Virus record (IMG/VR): IMGVR_UViG_3300021335_000018 | Span: 1 to 60,403 of that record | Source of the DNA: a virus | Taxonomy: Duplodnaviria > Caudoviricetes | Direction: 5' to 3' (one strand) | Length of the DNA stretch: 60,403 bases | Shown here: piece after piece, positions 18,978 to 28,697 of the stretch | How the letters are laid out: each line of letters starts with the position of its first letter | Numbering within the stretch: the first letter of the stretch is position 1 | Notes under the pieces: model-generated | What the model was told of the DNA's origin: nothing | Seen by the model: only the letters and a program-made list of their open reading frames with translations | Databases searched by the model: none | Program-made: the position numbers and the translations under genes

Positions 18978-19799
18978 CTATGCTGTTAAGTCCCGTATCT
19001 TTTCAATTTGCTGTATTATATTTCCATCTTTAATTTTGGGAACTATTCCGTTGACCTTAACATAAACAGTTCCATATTTTCCTGTCTTGATATTCGGCAA
19101 TCCATGACCGTGTATAGAAAATGTAGTACCTGTTTGTGTACCTTGCGGAATGTTTAATTGGATGGATTTTTTATTTGGTAAGTCAATAATATATTCAGTA
19201 CCTATTAAGAAATCCCAGACTGGAATTTTTATACTTCCGTGCAAATCTATTCCCTCTACTCTCCAGGCTGTTTTATTTTCTACTTTAATACTAAGTAACA
19301 AATTTCCTTTAGGCATGTGTTTTATACTATTATCGCCTAAACCTTCAAATCTAATAGTGTCTCCGTTCTTTGCACCAGGAGGAATCTTAACGTCCAGATC
19401 CTTAGTATCCCCTGAAGGTAAATTATATCTAAGTTGTACATCTTTGCCTGTATAACATTCTTCTAATGTGATTTTATAGGTAAGTCTAATATCTCTATTT
19501 TGCTGTATTCGTGTTGCGCCTGGCGGGTCTCTAAAAAATGTGCTATAGAATGGATTTAAATCTTCAAACATATTGCCATTAAATCCTCCACTAAACGCCG
19601 TTTGGTGAGGCCGAGGATTGTCGTATGCTGCTCTTTTTTGAGGATCTCTTAGTGTCTGGTATGCTTCGTTTACTTCTTTAAACTTATCTGAATCGCCGCC
19701 TCTGTCTGGATGGTACTGCATAGACTTTTTTTTGAAAGCCTTTTTTATTTCGTCATCAGTAGCTTTGCGAGATACCCCTAAAATAGAATAATAGTCCAT
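18978..19799 (-). CDS. dnaJ: DnaJ/CbpA-type co-chaperone (no Zn finger)
   Basis: MDYYSILGV...YHPDRGG J-domain plus C-terminal DnaJ_C domain. Confidence 0.92.
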   Translation of the reverse strand: MDYYSILGVSRKATDDEIKKAFKKKSMQYHPDRGGDSDKFKEVNEAYQTLRDPQKRAAYDNPRPHQTAFSGGFNGNMFEDLNPFYSTFFRDPPGATRIQQNRDIRLTYKITLEECYTGKDVQLRYNLPSGDTKDLDVKIPPGAKNGDTIRFEGLGDNSIKHMPKGNLLLSIKVENKTAWRVEGIDLHGSIKIPVWDFLIGTEYIIDLPNKKSIQLNIPQGTQTGTTFSIHGHGLPNIKTGKYGTVYVKVNGIVPKIKDGNIIQQIEKIRDLTA

Positions 19800-19822
19800 G
19801 TAGTTATTTACCGCACGGACTA
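19792..19822 (-). promoter_or_regulatory. Hairpin enclosing a late promoter box and the dnaJ start codon
   Basis: TAGTCCGTG-CGGT-AAATA-ACT-A-CATGGACTA inverted repeat. Confidence 0.6.
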
Positions 19823-19842
19823 TTAGGATTTATAAGTATTGA

Positions 19843-20172
19843 TTATTTCTTTTTAGCGTATGCTTGTGCGCCAAAGAATGCCATCACAATAGCTGCTACT
19901 GAAACAAAGTATGTTGCAGCCATGTCGCCTAAAATTTTAGATGCTTGCTCTAATCCAAGTAAAACTGCTAGAACTACTGCAAACGGATACAACAGCATTC
20001 CGAATAGTGAAAACCATGCCATGTTACGTTGCGCATCTCTCATTGCGTCCATATCTTCTAGTTCTTTTCTGCGGAATTCCAAAAACATTTTGTGTTCTTC
20101 GTCAGAGACTTTTCCGTCTCCGTTTGTATCCGCTGGATGATGCCCTGCTTTTTTGATTTCTTCTTCGCTCAT
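19843..20172 (-). CDS. Holin-like membrane protein with EF-hand-like loop
   Basis: DTNGDGKVSDEE, two TM helices, basic C-terminus; lies in lysis cluster. Confidence 0.55.
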   Translation of the reverse strand: MSEEEIKKAGHHPADTNGDGKVSDEEHKMFLEFRRKELEDMDAMRDAQRNMAWFSLFGMLLYPFAVVLAVLLGLEQASKILGDMAATYFVSVAAIVMAFFGAQAYAKKK

Positions 20173-20192
20173 TTTAAACCCCTCTGTTTGTT

Positions 20193-20336
20193 TTAGCGTA
20201 CTCTTTTTACGTCCGGAACCATTACTTTACCATTCGGTAATTTCATGGTTTTAAACTTTAGCCTAATTTTATCTTCTTCTTTCATCGTTTTGCGATTAAG
20301 ATGTACAGGCTGTTTTACTTTTATTGGTCCTGGCAT
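20193..20336 (-). CDS. Small basic protein (47 aa)
   Basis: Manual translation MPGPIKVKQPVHLNRK...; TAATG overlap with the upstream gene. Confidence 0.5.
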   Translation of the reverse strand: MPGPIKVKQPVHLNRKTMKEEDKIRLKFKTMKLPNGKVMVPDVKRVR

Positions 20337-20620
20337 TATTTTTTCTCCAATTTTTTAATACGAGATTCTAGCTCGTCAATTTTTGATGTTATTTTAGGGT
20401 ATTTAACTCGCCATGCATTTGGATCATTTTGTAGCCAAGTCCAACCCCAACGGACTGCTAGGTATTCCAATGTGGCATCAAACTTTTTAACAGCCCATGT
20501 TGCCATCCTTGTATCCTTAAACCAGAATAAAAACGCAGCGCCAAAAAGGGATCCTACCAATGCAGTATAAATCCAAAGGCGATCACTAGCCATACGTTCG
20601 ATCATTTCCCACATAAACAT
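20336..20620 (-). CDS. Small membrane protein (holin/antiholin candidate)
   Basis: N-terminal TM helix; RBS AAGGAG; TAAATA box at 20635-20640. Confidence 0.6.
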   Translation of the reverse strand: MFMWEMIERMASDRLWIYTALVGSLFGAAFLFWFKDTRMATWAVKKFDATLEYLAVRWGWTWLQNDPNAWRVKYPKITSKIDELESRIKKLEKK

Positions 20621-20637
20621 CTCCTTATTAAGTATAT

Positions 20638-21021
20638 TTATTCAGATCGGTTGTCGTCTTTGGGCTCGTAATAGTCTCTATACTGTTGAATAATTTCTTG
20701 TTGTTGTATAATGTATGCACGGATTTGTGCAAAGTTTTTTGAAAGTGTTTCGTAGTCGCCATCGCTTAAACCAAACAGCACAGGATCTTTACCTTGCTCT
20801 TTCATTTTAGCAAAAACTTCTTCTGCATTATTGCTGTGAATAATAATGAACTTTAGTTCGTCCATTTTTGGAGTAGCAGGATTTTCTAAATTTAATGGAA
20901 CTCTTTCTACTTCTGTGGTAAAGATATCTAACTCTTGTACTGTGCTACAACTAGTAAGGAACGTAGTTAGGATTAGCAATACTAGGACATTCTGAATTGA
21001 TTTCAGACTTTTTAGTTGCAT
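20638..21021 (-). CDS. Putative o-spanin lipoprotein
   Basis: Lipobox FLTS-C; overlaps the 3' end of the i-spanin candidate. Confidence 0.65.
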   Translation of the reverse strand: MQLKSLKSIQNVLVLLILTTFLTSCSTVQELDIFTTEVERVPLNLENPATPKMDELKFIIIHSNNAEEVFAKMKEQGKDPVLFGLSDGDYETLSKNFAQIRAYIIQQQEIIQQYRDYYEPKDDNRSE

Positions 21022-21436
21022 TTATTTCCGCCTCCGTTAATGGTGAGCCCATAGCAATTTCTACACATCTCATTGCCTTTTTACTGGCATTGTTAATAAT
21101 ACGCTCAACTGCACGATCTTTATCAATAGCAAGTTTGCCTATATCTCTTACTTCACCTTTGCCATTGATTTTGTTAAAACGCTCGTCAAGTGCTTTGAAC
21201 TCTGCTTGCAGTGTTCTATTTGTTTCTTCTAGTTTTTTGTTCGCTGCAAGTATTTGCTCAAAGTCTTTAGCCTGTTGTGCAATAACTGCTTTTTGATCTG
21301 CTATGCCCTGTTCTAATTTAATATTATTAGCTTTAGCAGTTTCTAGATCTGCTTTAACATTTTTATAGTGCAAGAAGCCGCCGCCTGCTGTAGCAAGGGC
21401 AACGACTACCATAGCAATTTTAATTGATGCGAACAT
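20951..21436 (-). CDS. Putative i-spanin
   Basis: N-terminal TM helix, long coiled coil, C-terminal Cys residues; follows endolysin. Confidence 0.65.
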   Translation of the reverse strand: MFASIKIAMVVVALATAGGGFLHYKNVKADLETAKANNIKLEQGIADQKAVIAQQAKDFEQILAANKKLEETNRTLQAEFKALDERFNKINGKGEVRDIGKLAIDKDRAVERIINNASKKAMRCVEIAMGSPLTEAEINATKKSEINSECPSIANPNYVPY

Positions 21437-21446
21437 AGTATACTAT

Positions 21447-22319
21447 TTAGTCAAGTAATTTTGCAAATGTTGCAGGACCGGCAATACCGTCTGCGGTCAA
21501 ACCATTTGCTGCTTGCCATTCCTTCAATGCACGTTCTGTACCTGGGCCAAAGTCTCCGTCTGCACTAATGCCTAATGCTTCTTGCATAACCTTAACGCCT
21601 TCGCCTTTGCATCCTTTACGTAGCACGCCAATATCATCTAGGATCTCTTGAACGTCATCATCGTCTGCTGCTAAGTCTTCTGCATCCATACCTAGTACTT
21701 CCATGGCATGTAGGTAACGTTTCTTACGATCGTCTAAACCAATACTTCCGCCATTGATCTTTTTAGTCATACGCTTAACGTCATCTGTGTCAGCAATGTC
21801 GTTTAGATTGTTTGCGTCCCAGAACCAACAAGCTGATTCAATAGCACCTGCTGGTGTTGCTACATATTCTGCTGCTTCTTCTGCTGTCATATCAACTGAA
21901 GCACCGAAGCGTGTGTAGTTGTCACGCCCGGTAAGTTGTTTAAGTCCACGCCCGCGGAATCTCCAACCGTCGCCTTCTTCGGTGTTGCCCATTTTGTATT
22001 TGCGGTATGTGTCATTATAAACACGGTTAGCAATCATCTCTGGGTTACGTGCATATTCATCTGCGTCTGCCTTTGGTGGTTCACCGAAGTAACGTCCAAA
22101 TACTGCACGAAGTGCTTTTGCACTATAGTTTAAATTTTCTTCTAAGCGTTTAAAGCCTGCTGATTCGTGAGCGCACTGACTTAAAAAGTGTGCTACTCTA
22201 CGCTCTGTAGTAATACCGTATTTAGGTAATAGTTCGCAGAGTGCATCATACCAATCATCCGCGTCTGCGGAAATGATTTCTTCAAGGTGTTCCTTGGTAA
22301 AGTCAAAATCAAAATTCAT
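21447..22319 (-). CDS. GH19 endolysin with C-terminal PG-binding domain
   Basis: AHFLSQCAHES, LEENLNYS, FRGRGLKQLTGRDNY, TKKINGG; ADGDFGPGT/ADGIAGPAT. Confidence 0.92.
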   Translation of the reverse strand: MNFDFDFTKEHLEEIISADADDWYDALCELLPKYGITTERRVAHFLSQCAHESAGFKRLEENLNYSAKALRAVFGRYFGEPPKADADEYARNPEMIANRVYNDTYRKYKMGNTEEGDGWRFRGRGLKQLTGRDNYTRFGASVDMTAEEAAEYVATPAGAIESACWFWDANNLNDIADTDDVKRMTKKINGGSIGLDDRKKRYLHAMEVLGMDAEDLAADDDDVQEILDDIGVLRKGCKGEGVKVMQEALGISADGDFGPGTERALKEWQAANGLTADGIAGPATFAKLLD

Positions 22320-22322
22320 ATT

Positions 22323-23039
22323 TTAGATCCTTTTTAATACAAGAGCCTTGTCTTCATTTTCAAAAACAAGATTCTCTCCATATTTACTTATGTTGTAGTC
22401 ACCGACATACTTGGTTAAAAAGAGTATTTCTGGGTAAGATTCGTTTAAGTTAAAAGTACCTTTGATATTGTTTTTAATAATTTTAGTATCGCCGAAGTCT
22501 ACAAACTCTAACATTAATGGATCTGCATATGCTTTTTTTAATTTTAGTGTGTCATTATACATATCAATAGATTCTAAATAACTGTTGTTAAAAAATTGCT
22601 TGTAGTTATCCATCCCAAATTGATCTTTTTTAATACCGTACGAATCAGGATCAATCGGAACTGCTTCTTTAATACTATCTAAGTTACTAGGAACACTCCG
22701 AAAGCTCTTATAATATCTAAATTTTAATTCATCGTGGTTAGTAAGTTTTGAAATACCGTCTGTTATTTCAAAAATTTGCTCTGGAACATTTTTGTTTCGC
22801 TCTAGTTCGACAAAAACTTTGTATGTACCGTCGCTTTGTTCGCCTGCTGTAGCATCAGCGTCTAATACAAAGCTATAGCCTTTTTCTAAAAAATTGACCA
22901 AGTCGTCAGCAGCTTCTTTAGTAATAACACTAAAACTTAGTGTTACTATATTTGCATCGTCTCCCATTTTACTTGCATATGAATCTATTTCAAAAATTCC
23001 ATCTACTAAATCGTGCAAGTCGTTGCTTCTTAGTGTCAT
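22323..23039 (-). CDS. Hypothetical phage protein
   Basis: ORF track. Confidence 0.7.
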   Translation of the reverse strand: MTLRSNDLHDLVDGIFEIDSYASKMGDDANIVTLSFSVITKEAADDLVNFLEKGYSFVLDADATAGEQSDGTYKVFVELERNKNVPEQIFEITDGISKLTNHDELKFRYYKSFRSVPSNLDSIKEAVPIDPDSYGIKKDQFGMDNYKQFFNNSYLESIDMYNDTLKLKKAYADPLMLEFVDFGDTKIIKNNIKGTFNLNESYPEILFLTKYVGDYNISKYGENLVFENEDKALVLKRI

Positions 23040-23599
23040 TAGATTACTGCTCCTCCTGCTGCATCACCACCTGGTGCTGGCGCTGCTGCTGGTGCTGCTG
23101 CTGGTGCCGCCGCTGCTGCTGCATCAGCTGGTTGGGCTTGTGCATTTGCTTGTGCAGCTGGATCTATAGCTAGATCCTCAGTAGGTTGACTGTTTTGATA
23201 TATTTCTGCTAATAATTTTTTAGGCATTTGTATTTCAACCACCCAAATAGGATGTCTGTCTAATTTGCCTTTTTTTGTACCAGGACGAATGTCATCTGGT
23301 TGCATAATTTTTCTTGGCTTAATAATATAATCTTTTTTGTATGAAACTTTACAATCGTAATCTAACATCCTTTTGCCGCCCATTGGGTCAGGCATATTTT
23401 TTCTGTCCCACATAAATTTGCAACTTACCCAATGTCTACTAATCTTAGGACCAGATAACAATTCGCCATCTTCCCAGTTCGCATACACATACACATCTAA
23501 GTCGTCTATAACTCTTTCGAAGTCCTTTAGTATCTGGAAAGACGTGTTTGAGTCATATACTTGTTCTACGTTTTTAACTAGATCGTAAATATCTTCCAT
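23039..23599 (-). CDS. Hypothetical phage protein with Ala/Pro-rich tail
   Basis: ORF track; TAAATA box at 23627-23632. Confidence 0.7.
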   Translation of the reverse strand: MEDIYDLVKNVEQVYDSNTSFQILKDFERVIDDLDVYVYANWEDGELLSGPKISRHWVSCKFMWDRKNMPDPMGGKRMLDYDCKVSYKKDYIIKPRKIMQPDDIRPGTKKGKLDRHPIWVVEIQMPKKLLAEIYQNSQPTEDLAIDPAAQANAQAQPADAAAAAAPAAAPAAAPAPGGDAAGGAVI

Positions 23600-23752
23600 T
23601 TATTAATCCTAAATATTTGCTATACTTATTTATCGTATGTTAGTAGATAACAATGTATTTTTTGTTTCTTGACAAATGGTAAATACTTTTGTAGGGCAAA
23701 TGTTCTACGGACATAATACCCTGCATTTTTCCATAGCTCATAGGAGGACTTA

Positions 23753-24475
23753 ATGGGTGCAAAAAGAAAAGCTCGTGATAGACGAGTATCTAATGGTAAC
23801 AATGTTATCGATTTTAATACAATTCAAAAGAAAAACACAGTTCACTTAATTCCTAGAAACAAACATCAAGAACACTACATCCTTAAATTATTAGACAGAG
23901 AAAAATCAATAGTATTTGCTATTGGTCCTGCAGGTACAGGTAAAACATTACTTGCTGTGCAGGCTGCTGTGAAAAAATTTAAGGAAGGTTTAATTGATAA
24001 AATAATTGTTACTAGGCCAGCAGTAAGTGTTGACGAAGAACTAGGTTTTTTGCCAGGTACACTGGAACAGAAAATGGCACCATGGACAAGACCTATTTTT
24101 GACGTGCTTAGAGAATATTTTGATGCACGGCAAATTGAAGGCATGATAGAAGAAGGCATCATAGAAATTGCGCCACTAGCATATATGCGAGGCAGAACAT
24201 TCAAAAAGGCTTTTATAGTAGCAGACGAGATGCAAAATGCAACCCCTAACCAAATGAAGATGTTATTAACCAGGCTAGGAGAAGATTCTGAAATGGTAGT
24301 AACAGGTGATTTAGCACAAGCAGATAGATTAAAAGATAACGGTCTAATCGACTTTGTTCATCACCTAGAAACCTATACCAACAATAAGCACTTGGACGTA
24401 GTCCGTTTTGAACAAAAAGATATTGAAAGGCATGAGGCTGTTAAGGAGGTGTTACAAGTTTACGGCGATGAATAA
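23753..24475 (+). CDS. phoH: PhoH-family ATPase
   Basis: GPAGTGKT, TRPAV, LGFLPG, AYMRGRTF, DEMQN, TGDLAQ. Confidence 0.95.
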   Translation: MGAKRKARDRRVSNGNNVIDFNTIQKKNTVHLIPRNKHQEHYILKLLDREKSIVFAIGPAGTGKTLLAVQAAVKKFKEGLIDKIIVTRPAVSVDEELGFLPGTLEQKMAPWTRPIFDVLREYFDARQIEGMIEEGIIEIAPLAYMRGRTFKKAFIVADEMQNATPNQMKMLLTRLGEDSEMVVTGDLAQADRLKDNGLIDFVHHLETYTNNKHLDVVRFEQKDIERHEAVKEVLQVYGDE

Positions 24476-24885
24476 ACTTTAACTACTTCAATATCTGATG
24501 CATTAAGAAACTCGATGCCCTGTGTACTGCGATAATCATTTTTGTAGTACACAGTGGCAATACCGCTTTGATAGATTAATTTTGCGCAGTCTATACACGG
24601 AGAGTGCGTAATGAAGATACTTGCACCTTCACCACTCTCGGGCGAACGTGCTAGTTTAGCGATTGCGTTAGACTCAGCATGAAGTACCTCCGGCTTTGAT
24701 TTATTATTTTCATCTTCACAACAATTATCCCAACCAGTAGGCATACCATTGTAGCCAATTGAGATAATACGATCATCTTTGACAACAATAGCACCTACTT
24801 GTAGGCGTTTTGCAGAACTAAGTTGACCAAAACGTTCTGCTACATCCATATATGCACTAATAAATTTTTCCTTCATTATATCCAT
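24460..24885 (-). CDS. dCMP deaminase
   Basis: IGYNG, LHAESNAI, SPCIDC. Confidence 0.92.
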   Translation of the reverse strand: MDIMKEKFISAYMDVAERFGQLSSAKRLQVGAIVVKDDRIISIGYNGMPTGWDNCCEDENNKSKPEVLHAESNAIAKLARSPESGEGASIFITHSPCIDCAKLIYQSGIATVYYKNDYRSTQGIEFLNASDIEVVKVYSSP

Positions 24886-25118
24886 CTCGGTATTGAATCT
24901 TTAGTAAGTTCGTACACAAGGTACTCGTTGGGTGTATAAATCCTATCCCAAGTTAGGCCATGTAGTGGCGGACGTCCCATTGCATCATAATATGTTTTAA
25001 CAATAATATACTTTTGACCAGGCCATATAAGTTTACCGCTTGCTGAACGCTTCCACCAGTTTGCCCTTTGTTCAAATGCTCTTTCTTGCGGATCGCCTAA
25101 GCCATTCGCACCCATCAT
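24876..25118 (-). CDS. Hypothetical protein
   Basis: ORF track, ATGA overlap. Confidence 0.6.
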   Translation of the reverse strand: MMGANGLGDPQERAFEQRANWWKRSASGKLIWPGQKYIIVKTYYDAMGRPPLHGLTWDRIYTPNEYLVYELTKDSIPRWI

Positions 25119-25798
25119 GTAGTTATATCATCCGCTAGTGGAAAGATTTCAGCTATAACTTTAGCACATGCATGAGCAATTTCCATATGCTCTTTCTGTG
25201 TACCATTTGCACCACGTAGTTCAATATAGTGTACCCAACTACGCAATGTACCGTTCATATACAACCGTGTTTTAGTTAATCCTTCTGGCAGGACGGCACG
25301 AGCTTGTTCTTTAGCAATGCCTGCGTTGATAGCCCATTCGTATGCTTTTTGCGCTCTAAAAATTACATCTTGTTGTTCCTCAACCCACCGCTGAGAAACA
25401 GCAATATGCTCTTGATTTTCCATGTCTAGATCAACTGAATTTTGACGATTCTTTTCGTCTTGCAAACGTGCTTCTCGAACAACAAACATGTCTCCCATTT
25501 CTTTTGGATTGGCATAACGCTGGCTAAATTCTTGGAATGCAAAACTCCTATGTCGCACAATTTGGTGGGCAATATCCCGTGTAGTATCAATCTCTAAACA
25601 AGCATTAACCATTTCTAGAGGGCTCCAGTGTGCATGTTTAATCAAATACTTGATTAGTTTTTCACTGGTTTCTTTGTTCATTTGGTTAGTAGGATTACTA
25701 ACCCTTGCACAAAATGCAATTAATTCTTGTGCATTCTTTAATCCTTCTGCTTTAAATTCGTTCGATGGTTGACTGTACGAAACTAATTTTACGTTCAC
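25115..25798 (-). CDS. thyX: Flavin-dependent thymidylate synthase
   Basis: HWSPLE, RHRSFAFQEFSQRY, EQARAVLP; GTG start at 25798 after AGGAG. Confidence 0.95.
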   Translation of the reverse strand: MNVKLVSYSQPSNEFKAEGLKNAQELIAFCARVSNPTNQMNKETSEKLIKYLIKHAHWSPLEMVNACLEIDTTRDIAHQIVRHRSFAFQEFSQRYANPKEMGDMFVVREARLQDEKNRQNSVDLDMENQEHIAVSQRWVEEQQDVIFRAQKAYEWAINAGIAKEQARAVLPEGLTKTRLYMNGTLRSWVHYIELRGANGTQKEHMEIAHACAKVIAEIFPLADDITT

Positions 25799-25799
25799 T

Positions 25800-26141
25800 T
25801 TATTCTCCTGGTTCTTCACTGAAGTACTGCTCATACTTATTTGGTACTCCGTCAAATTCGTTGTGTTCTGGTAATGGATCCTTTTTCTCTACAATGTTAG
25901 GCCAAATTTCGCTATACTTTCTATTAATCTCTTCCCATTTGCCTGCCTCCCCAGGAGACATTGATGAATCTAGAACAATAGCATCTGCTGGACATTCTGG
26001 TTCACACACTCCGCAATCGATGCATTCTTCAGGATTGATCACTAACATGTTTTCACCTTCATAAAAACAATCAACTGGACAAACCTCAACACAGTCTGTA
26101 TGTTTACATTTAATACAGTTGTCAATAACTAGATAACTCAT
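25800..26141 (-). CDS. fdxA: 7Fe ferredoxin (FdxA type)
   Basis: [18 protein letters not shown]...[12 protein letters not shown]. Confidence 0.92.
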   Translation of the reverse strand: MSYLVIDNCIKCKHTDCVEVCPVDCFYEGENMLVINPEECIDCGVCEPECPADAIVLDSSMSPGEAGKWEEINRKYSEIWPNIVEKKDPLPEHNEFDGVPNKYEQYFSEEPGE

Positions 26142-27055
26142 TATACACCTGCTAATCTAATAAGCGTTGCCGCCAAGTTAATTTCAGGATCAACTACTAA
26201 AGTGTGATCCACCATCCCTTGTTTGATAATTAGAACTGCTTTATCTTGTTGTTCATTACTACCAAACAATTCAATATTGTCATATAGCCAGCGATATACT
26301 TCTTCCATTTCTTCTGGACGAATTGCACCGCACAATAACTTACGTGCTTCTTGTATCTTGCCTGCTTTAAACAATTCAACCATATCCAACTTCCAGTCAC
26401 TTTCGCCAGTATCGCCTTCGTTAGGTTTGTTCAATACACCGTCAACACTGTTCATTTGAACAGTATTAATACATTTTCTCAAGTCCGGATATGTTGCTTT
26501 CACATACGTATCAAGTGTATCCAAATCTGGGGTAACACCTTCCGTGATAAGAATTTCTGCAACACGAGCAGTAAACTCAGTTTGGTCAATTTTAGCAATG
26601 TGGAAGCCTTGACATCTACTGTGGATCGCTGGAATTATTCTGTTTGGATAGTTACAAGTAAGAATAAAACGTGCAGTTGTGTGGTATTCTTCCATCACAC
26701 CACGCAGTGCGGCTTGTGCATTTGGCGACAAGTAATCTGCCTCATCCAACAACACAACCTTAAAATCACCAAATGGAATCATTTGTACAAAGTTTACAAT
26801 CTTATCTCGTACATCATCGACGCTGTTTGTTCTACTTGCGTTTATTTCTAAAATGTCTAAGTCGTTGACTTCTAGCTCGTTGAATAGTAGTTTTGCGAGC
26901 GTTGTTTTGCCGATGCCTGCGTTCCCGCTGAAAAGCAAATGTGGAATTGTCTTGTCTTTGATCCATGTTTTTACCTGCGACCGTTGTGCGTCATCTCTAA
27001 ATACATAACCGTCCACTGTCTTTGGACGATACTTTTCTACCCATAGTTCTTTCAA
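26141..27055 (-). CDS. Clamp-loader AAA+ subunit (RFC/T4 gp44-like)
   Basis: [25 protein letters not shown]. Confidence 0.92.
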   Translation of the reverse strand: MKELWVEKYRPKTVDGYVFRDDAQRSQVKTWIKDKTIPHLLFSGNAGIGKTTLAKLLFNELEVNDLDILEINASRTNSVDDVRDKIVNFVQMIPFGDFKVVLLDEADYLSPNAQAALRGVMEEYHTTARFILTCNYPNRIIPAIHSRCQGFHIAKIDQTEFTARVAEILITEGVTPDLDTLDTYVKATYPDLRKCINTVQMNSVDGVLNKPNEGDTGESDWKLDMVELFKAGKIQEARKLLCGAIRPEEMEEVYRWLYDNIELFGSNEQQDKAVLIIKQGMVDHTLVVDPEINLAATLIRLAGV

Positions 27056-27588
27056 CGTGTTGCTCCTAGTTCTTTGTATGCCATTTGTATTGCTTTTGAT
27101 TGATAATATGCGTCTGCTAATGCATTGTGCAAATCGTTTTGAATTTTCTTACGAGGATCTTCTTGACATACACTAAAAAGTGTACGGCTGTCACGTACTT
27201 GCCAGAAGTTGTACGGAATAGGTTTGCTTAAACTGCGATACATATCTTCTATGATTGTATAGTCAAAACCATATCCTTGACCCCATAAAACATCAACACC
27301 AACAACAAACTTGTTAATTTTACTTAGTGCTTCTTCTACAGTTATGGCACCTTCTTGGTCAAACGCTTCCTCCATAATTTTTGGATCTTGCTTTGTCCAC
27401 CATTCAATAGTGTCGTCACTTGCTGTACGACCTAAGCGATCCTGATCATCAATTTGTATTTTAAAATACATTTCTGAGTAAGGTTCAGAATCGGCAAATG
27501 GATTGAATTTAACAGCACCCAAACTTAAAACAGTAGATTGAGGTCGTGTGTCAATAGTCTCTAAATCAATTGTTGCGTGAATAGCCAA
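27052..27588 (-). CDS. DEDDh 3'-5' exonuclease
   Basis: IDLET, GFD, RDSRT, HNALADA. Confidence 0.85.
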   Translation of the reverse strand: MAIHATIDLETIDTRPQSTVLSLGAVKFNPFADSEPYSEMYFKIQIDDQDRLGRTASDDTIEWWTKQDPKIMEEAFDQEGAITVEEALSKINKFVVGVDVLWGQGYGFDYTIIEDMYRSLSKPIPYNFWQVRDSRTLFSVCQEDPRKKIQNDLHNALADAYYQSKAIQMAYKELGATR

Positions 27589-27614
27589 AAGAAAACTCCT
27601 ATCAATTTATACTA

Positions 27615-27643
27615 ATTATAACGCATAAACTAATAGGAGTCAA
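27615..27643 (-). promoter_or_regulatory. Sigma70-type promoter
   Basis: TTGACT-17-TATAAT. Confidence 0.8.
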
Positions 27644-27651
27644 GTAGTTTT

Positions 27652-28335
27652 TTATTCTCTATTGCCCAATAAATGCAATAACATTTGAAACATATTGATA
27701 AAATTAAGATACAAACTTAACGCTGTTGCGATTGCAAACTTAGCAAGTTCATCTGTTCCTAACATACCACTTAGAAATGTAGTCTTTGCTCTTTGAGTGT
27801 CATAGGCTGTGAGTCCGGTGAAAATTAATACACCTAAAATGCTAATAGCAAACATCATAGCACTGCTTTGCATAAAGATATTTACGATGCTTGCAATGAT
27901 AATACCAATTAATCCTACAAGAAGGAAACTGCCCCAACCGCTTAAATCTTTCTTAGTAGTATAACCATACAGGCTTGCACTTGCAAACGTAGCCGCCGTG
28001 ATGAAGAACACTTGTGCAATACTCATTGCCGCATAGACGGCAAAGATAGTGCTCATACTAACACCCATTACTGCCGTGAATGCCCAGTAAAATGTCCGTG
28101 TAGTTTCAAATGACCAATTCTGACCTGCGAAACTCCACCAAAAAATCATACCTAATGGTGCAAAAACAAATAGCCACATTAGTCCTCCCATTGCAGCCAT
28201 AATACCTGTAGCATAAGTCAAGTATGCAACTACACCAGTAATACCTAAGCCTAGTGCTGTATAGTTATAAAGCGCCAACATAAACTGACGCAAGTATTCG
28301 TCGTACTGTGTACGAGCTTCAGTTATTGTACTCAT
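27652..28335 (-). CDS. Bax inhibitor-1/YccA family membrane protein
   Basis: About 7 TM helices; YGYTTKKDLS, AYDTQR, ALSLYLNFINMF. Confidence 0.9.
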   Translation of the reverse strand: MSTITEARTQYDEYLRQFMLALYNYTALGLGITGVVAYLTYATGIMAAMGGLMWLFVFAPLGMIFWWSFAGQNWSFETTRTFYWAFTAVMGVSMSTIFAVYAAMSIAQVFFITAATFASASLYGYTTKKDLSGWGSFLLVGLIGIIIASIVNIFMQSSAMMFAISILGVLIFTGLTAYDTQRAKTTFLSGMLGTDELAKFAIATALSLYLNFINMFQMLLHLLGNRE

Positions 28336-28697
28336 TAGTTTTCTCCTACAAATTTTGCAAGTTCCGGTGCCTTCCAGCCTTCTGGCTTTAGAACTTTGCC
28401 GTCTTCACGTTTGCGTACTTTGCCTGTGACTGGATCAATCTTAGCAAAGTTTGTATCCATTACTTCTTTCCAAGCACCTTCTCCGTCCCAACCTGCTGCA
28501 CGAATAGCACCCATTGTCACAACAAGAATATCAACTAGTGCATCTAGTTGTTCTACACGATCATCTGCTGCAATAGCATCTGCAAGTTCATTATATTCTT
28601 CTGCAATAAGACCGAGATACATATCATAGTTTGCTTCACTTGGCTCTTGATCACACGCTGAGCCAAAGCGTTCAATATCTGCGAATGGATTTGTCAT
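28335..28697 (-). CDS. MazG-like NTP pyrophosphohydrolase
   Basis: LIAEEYNEL, DALVDILVV, KREDGKVLKP. Confidence 0.85.
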   Translation of the reverse strand: MTNPFADIERFGSACDQEPSEANYDMYLGLIAEEYNELADAIAADDRVEQLDALVDILVVTMGAIRAAGWDGEGAWKEVMDTNFAKIDPVTGKVRKREDGKVLKPEGWKAPELAKFVGEN

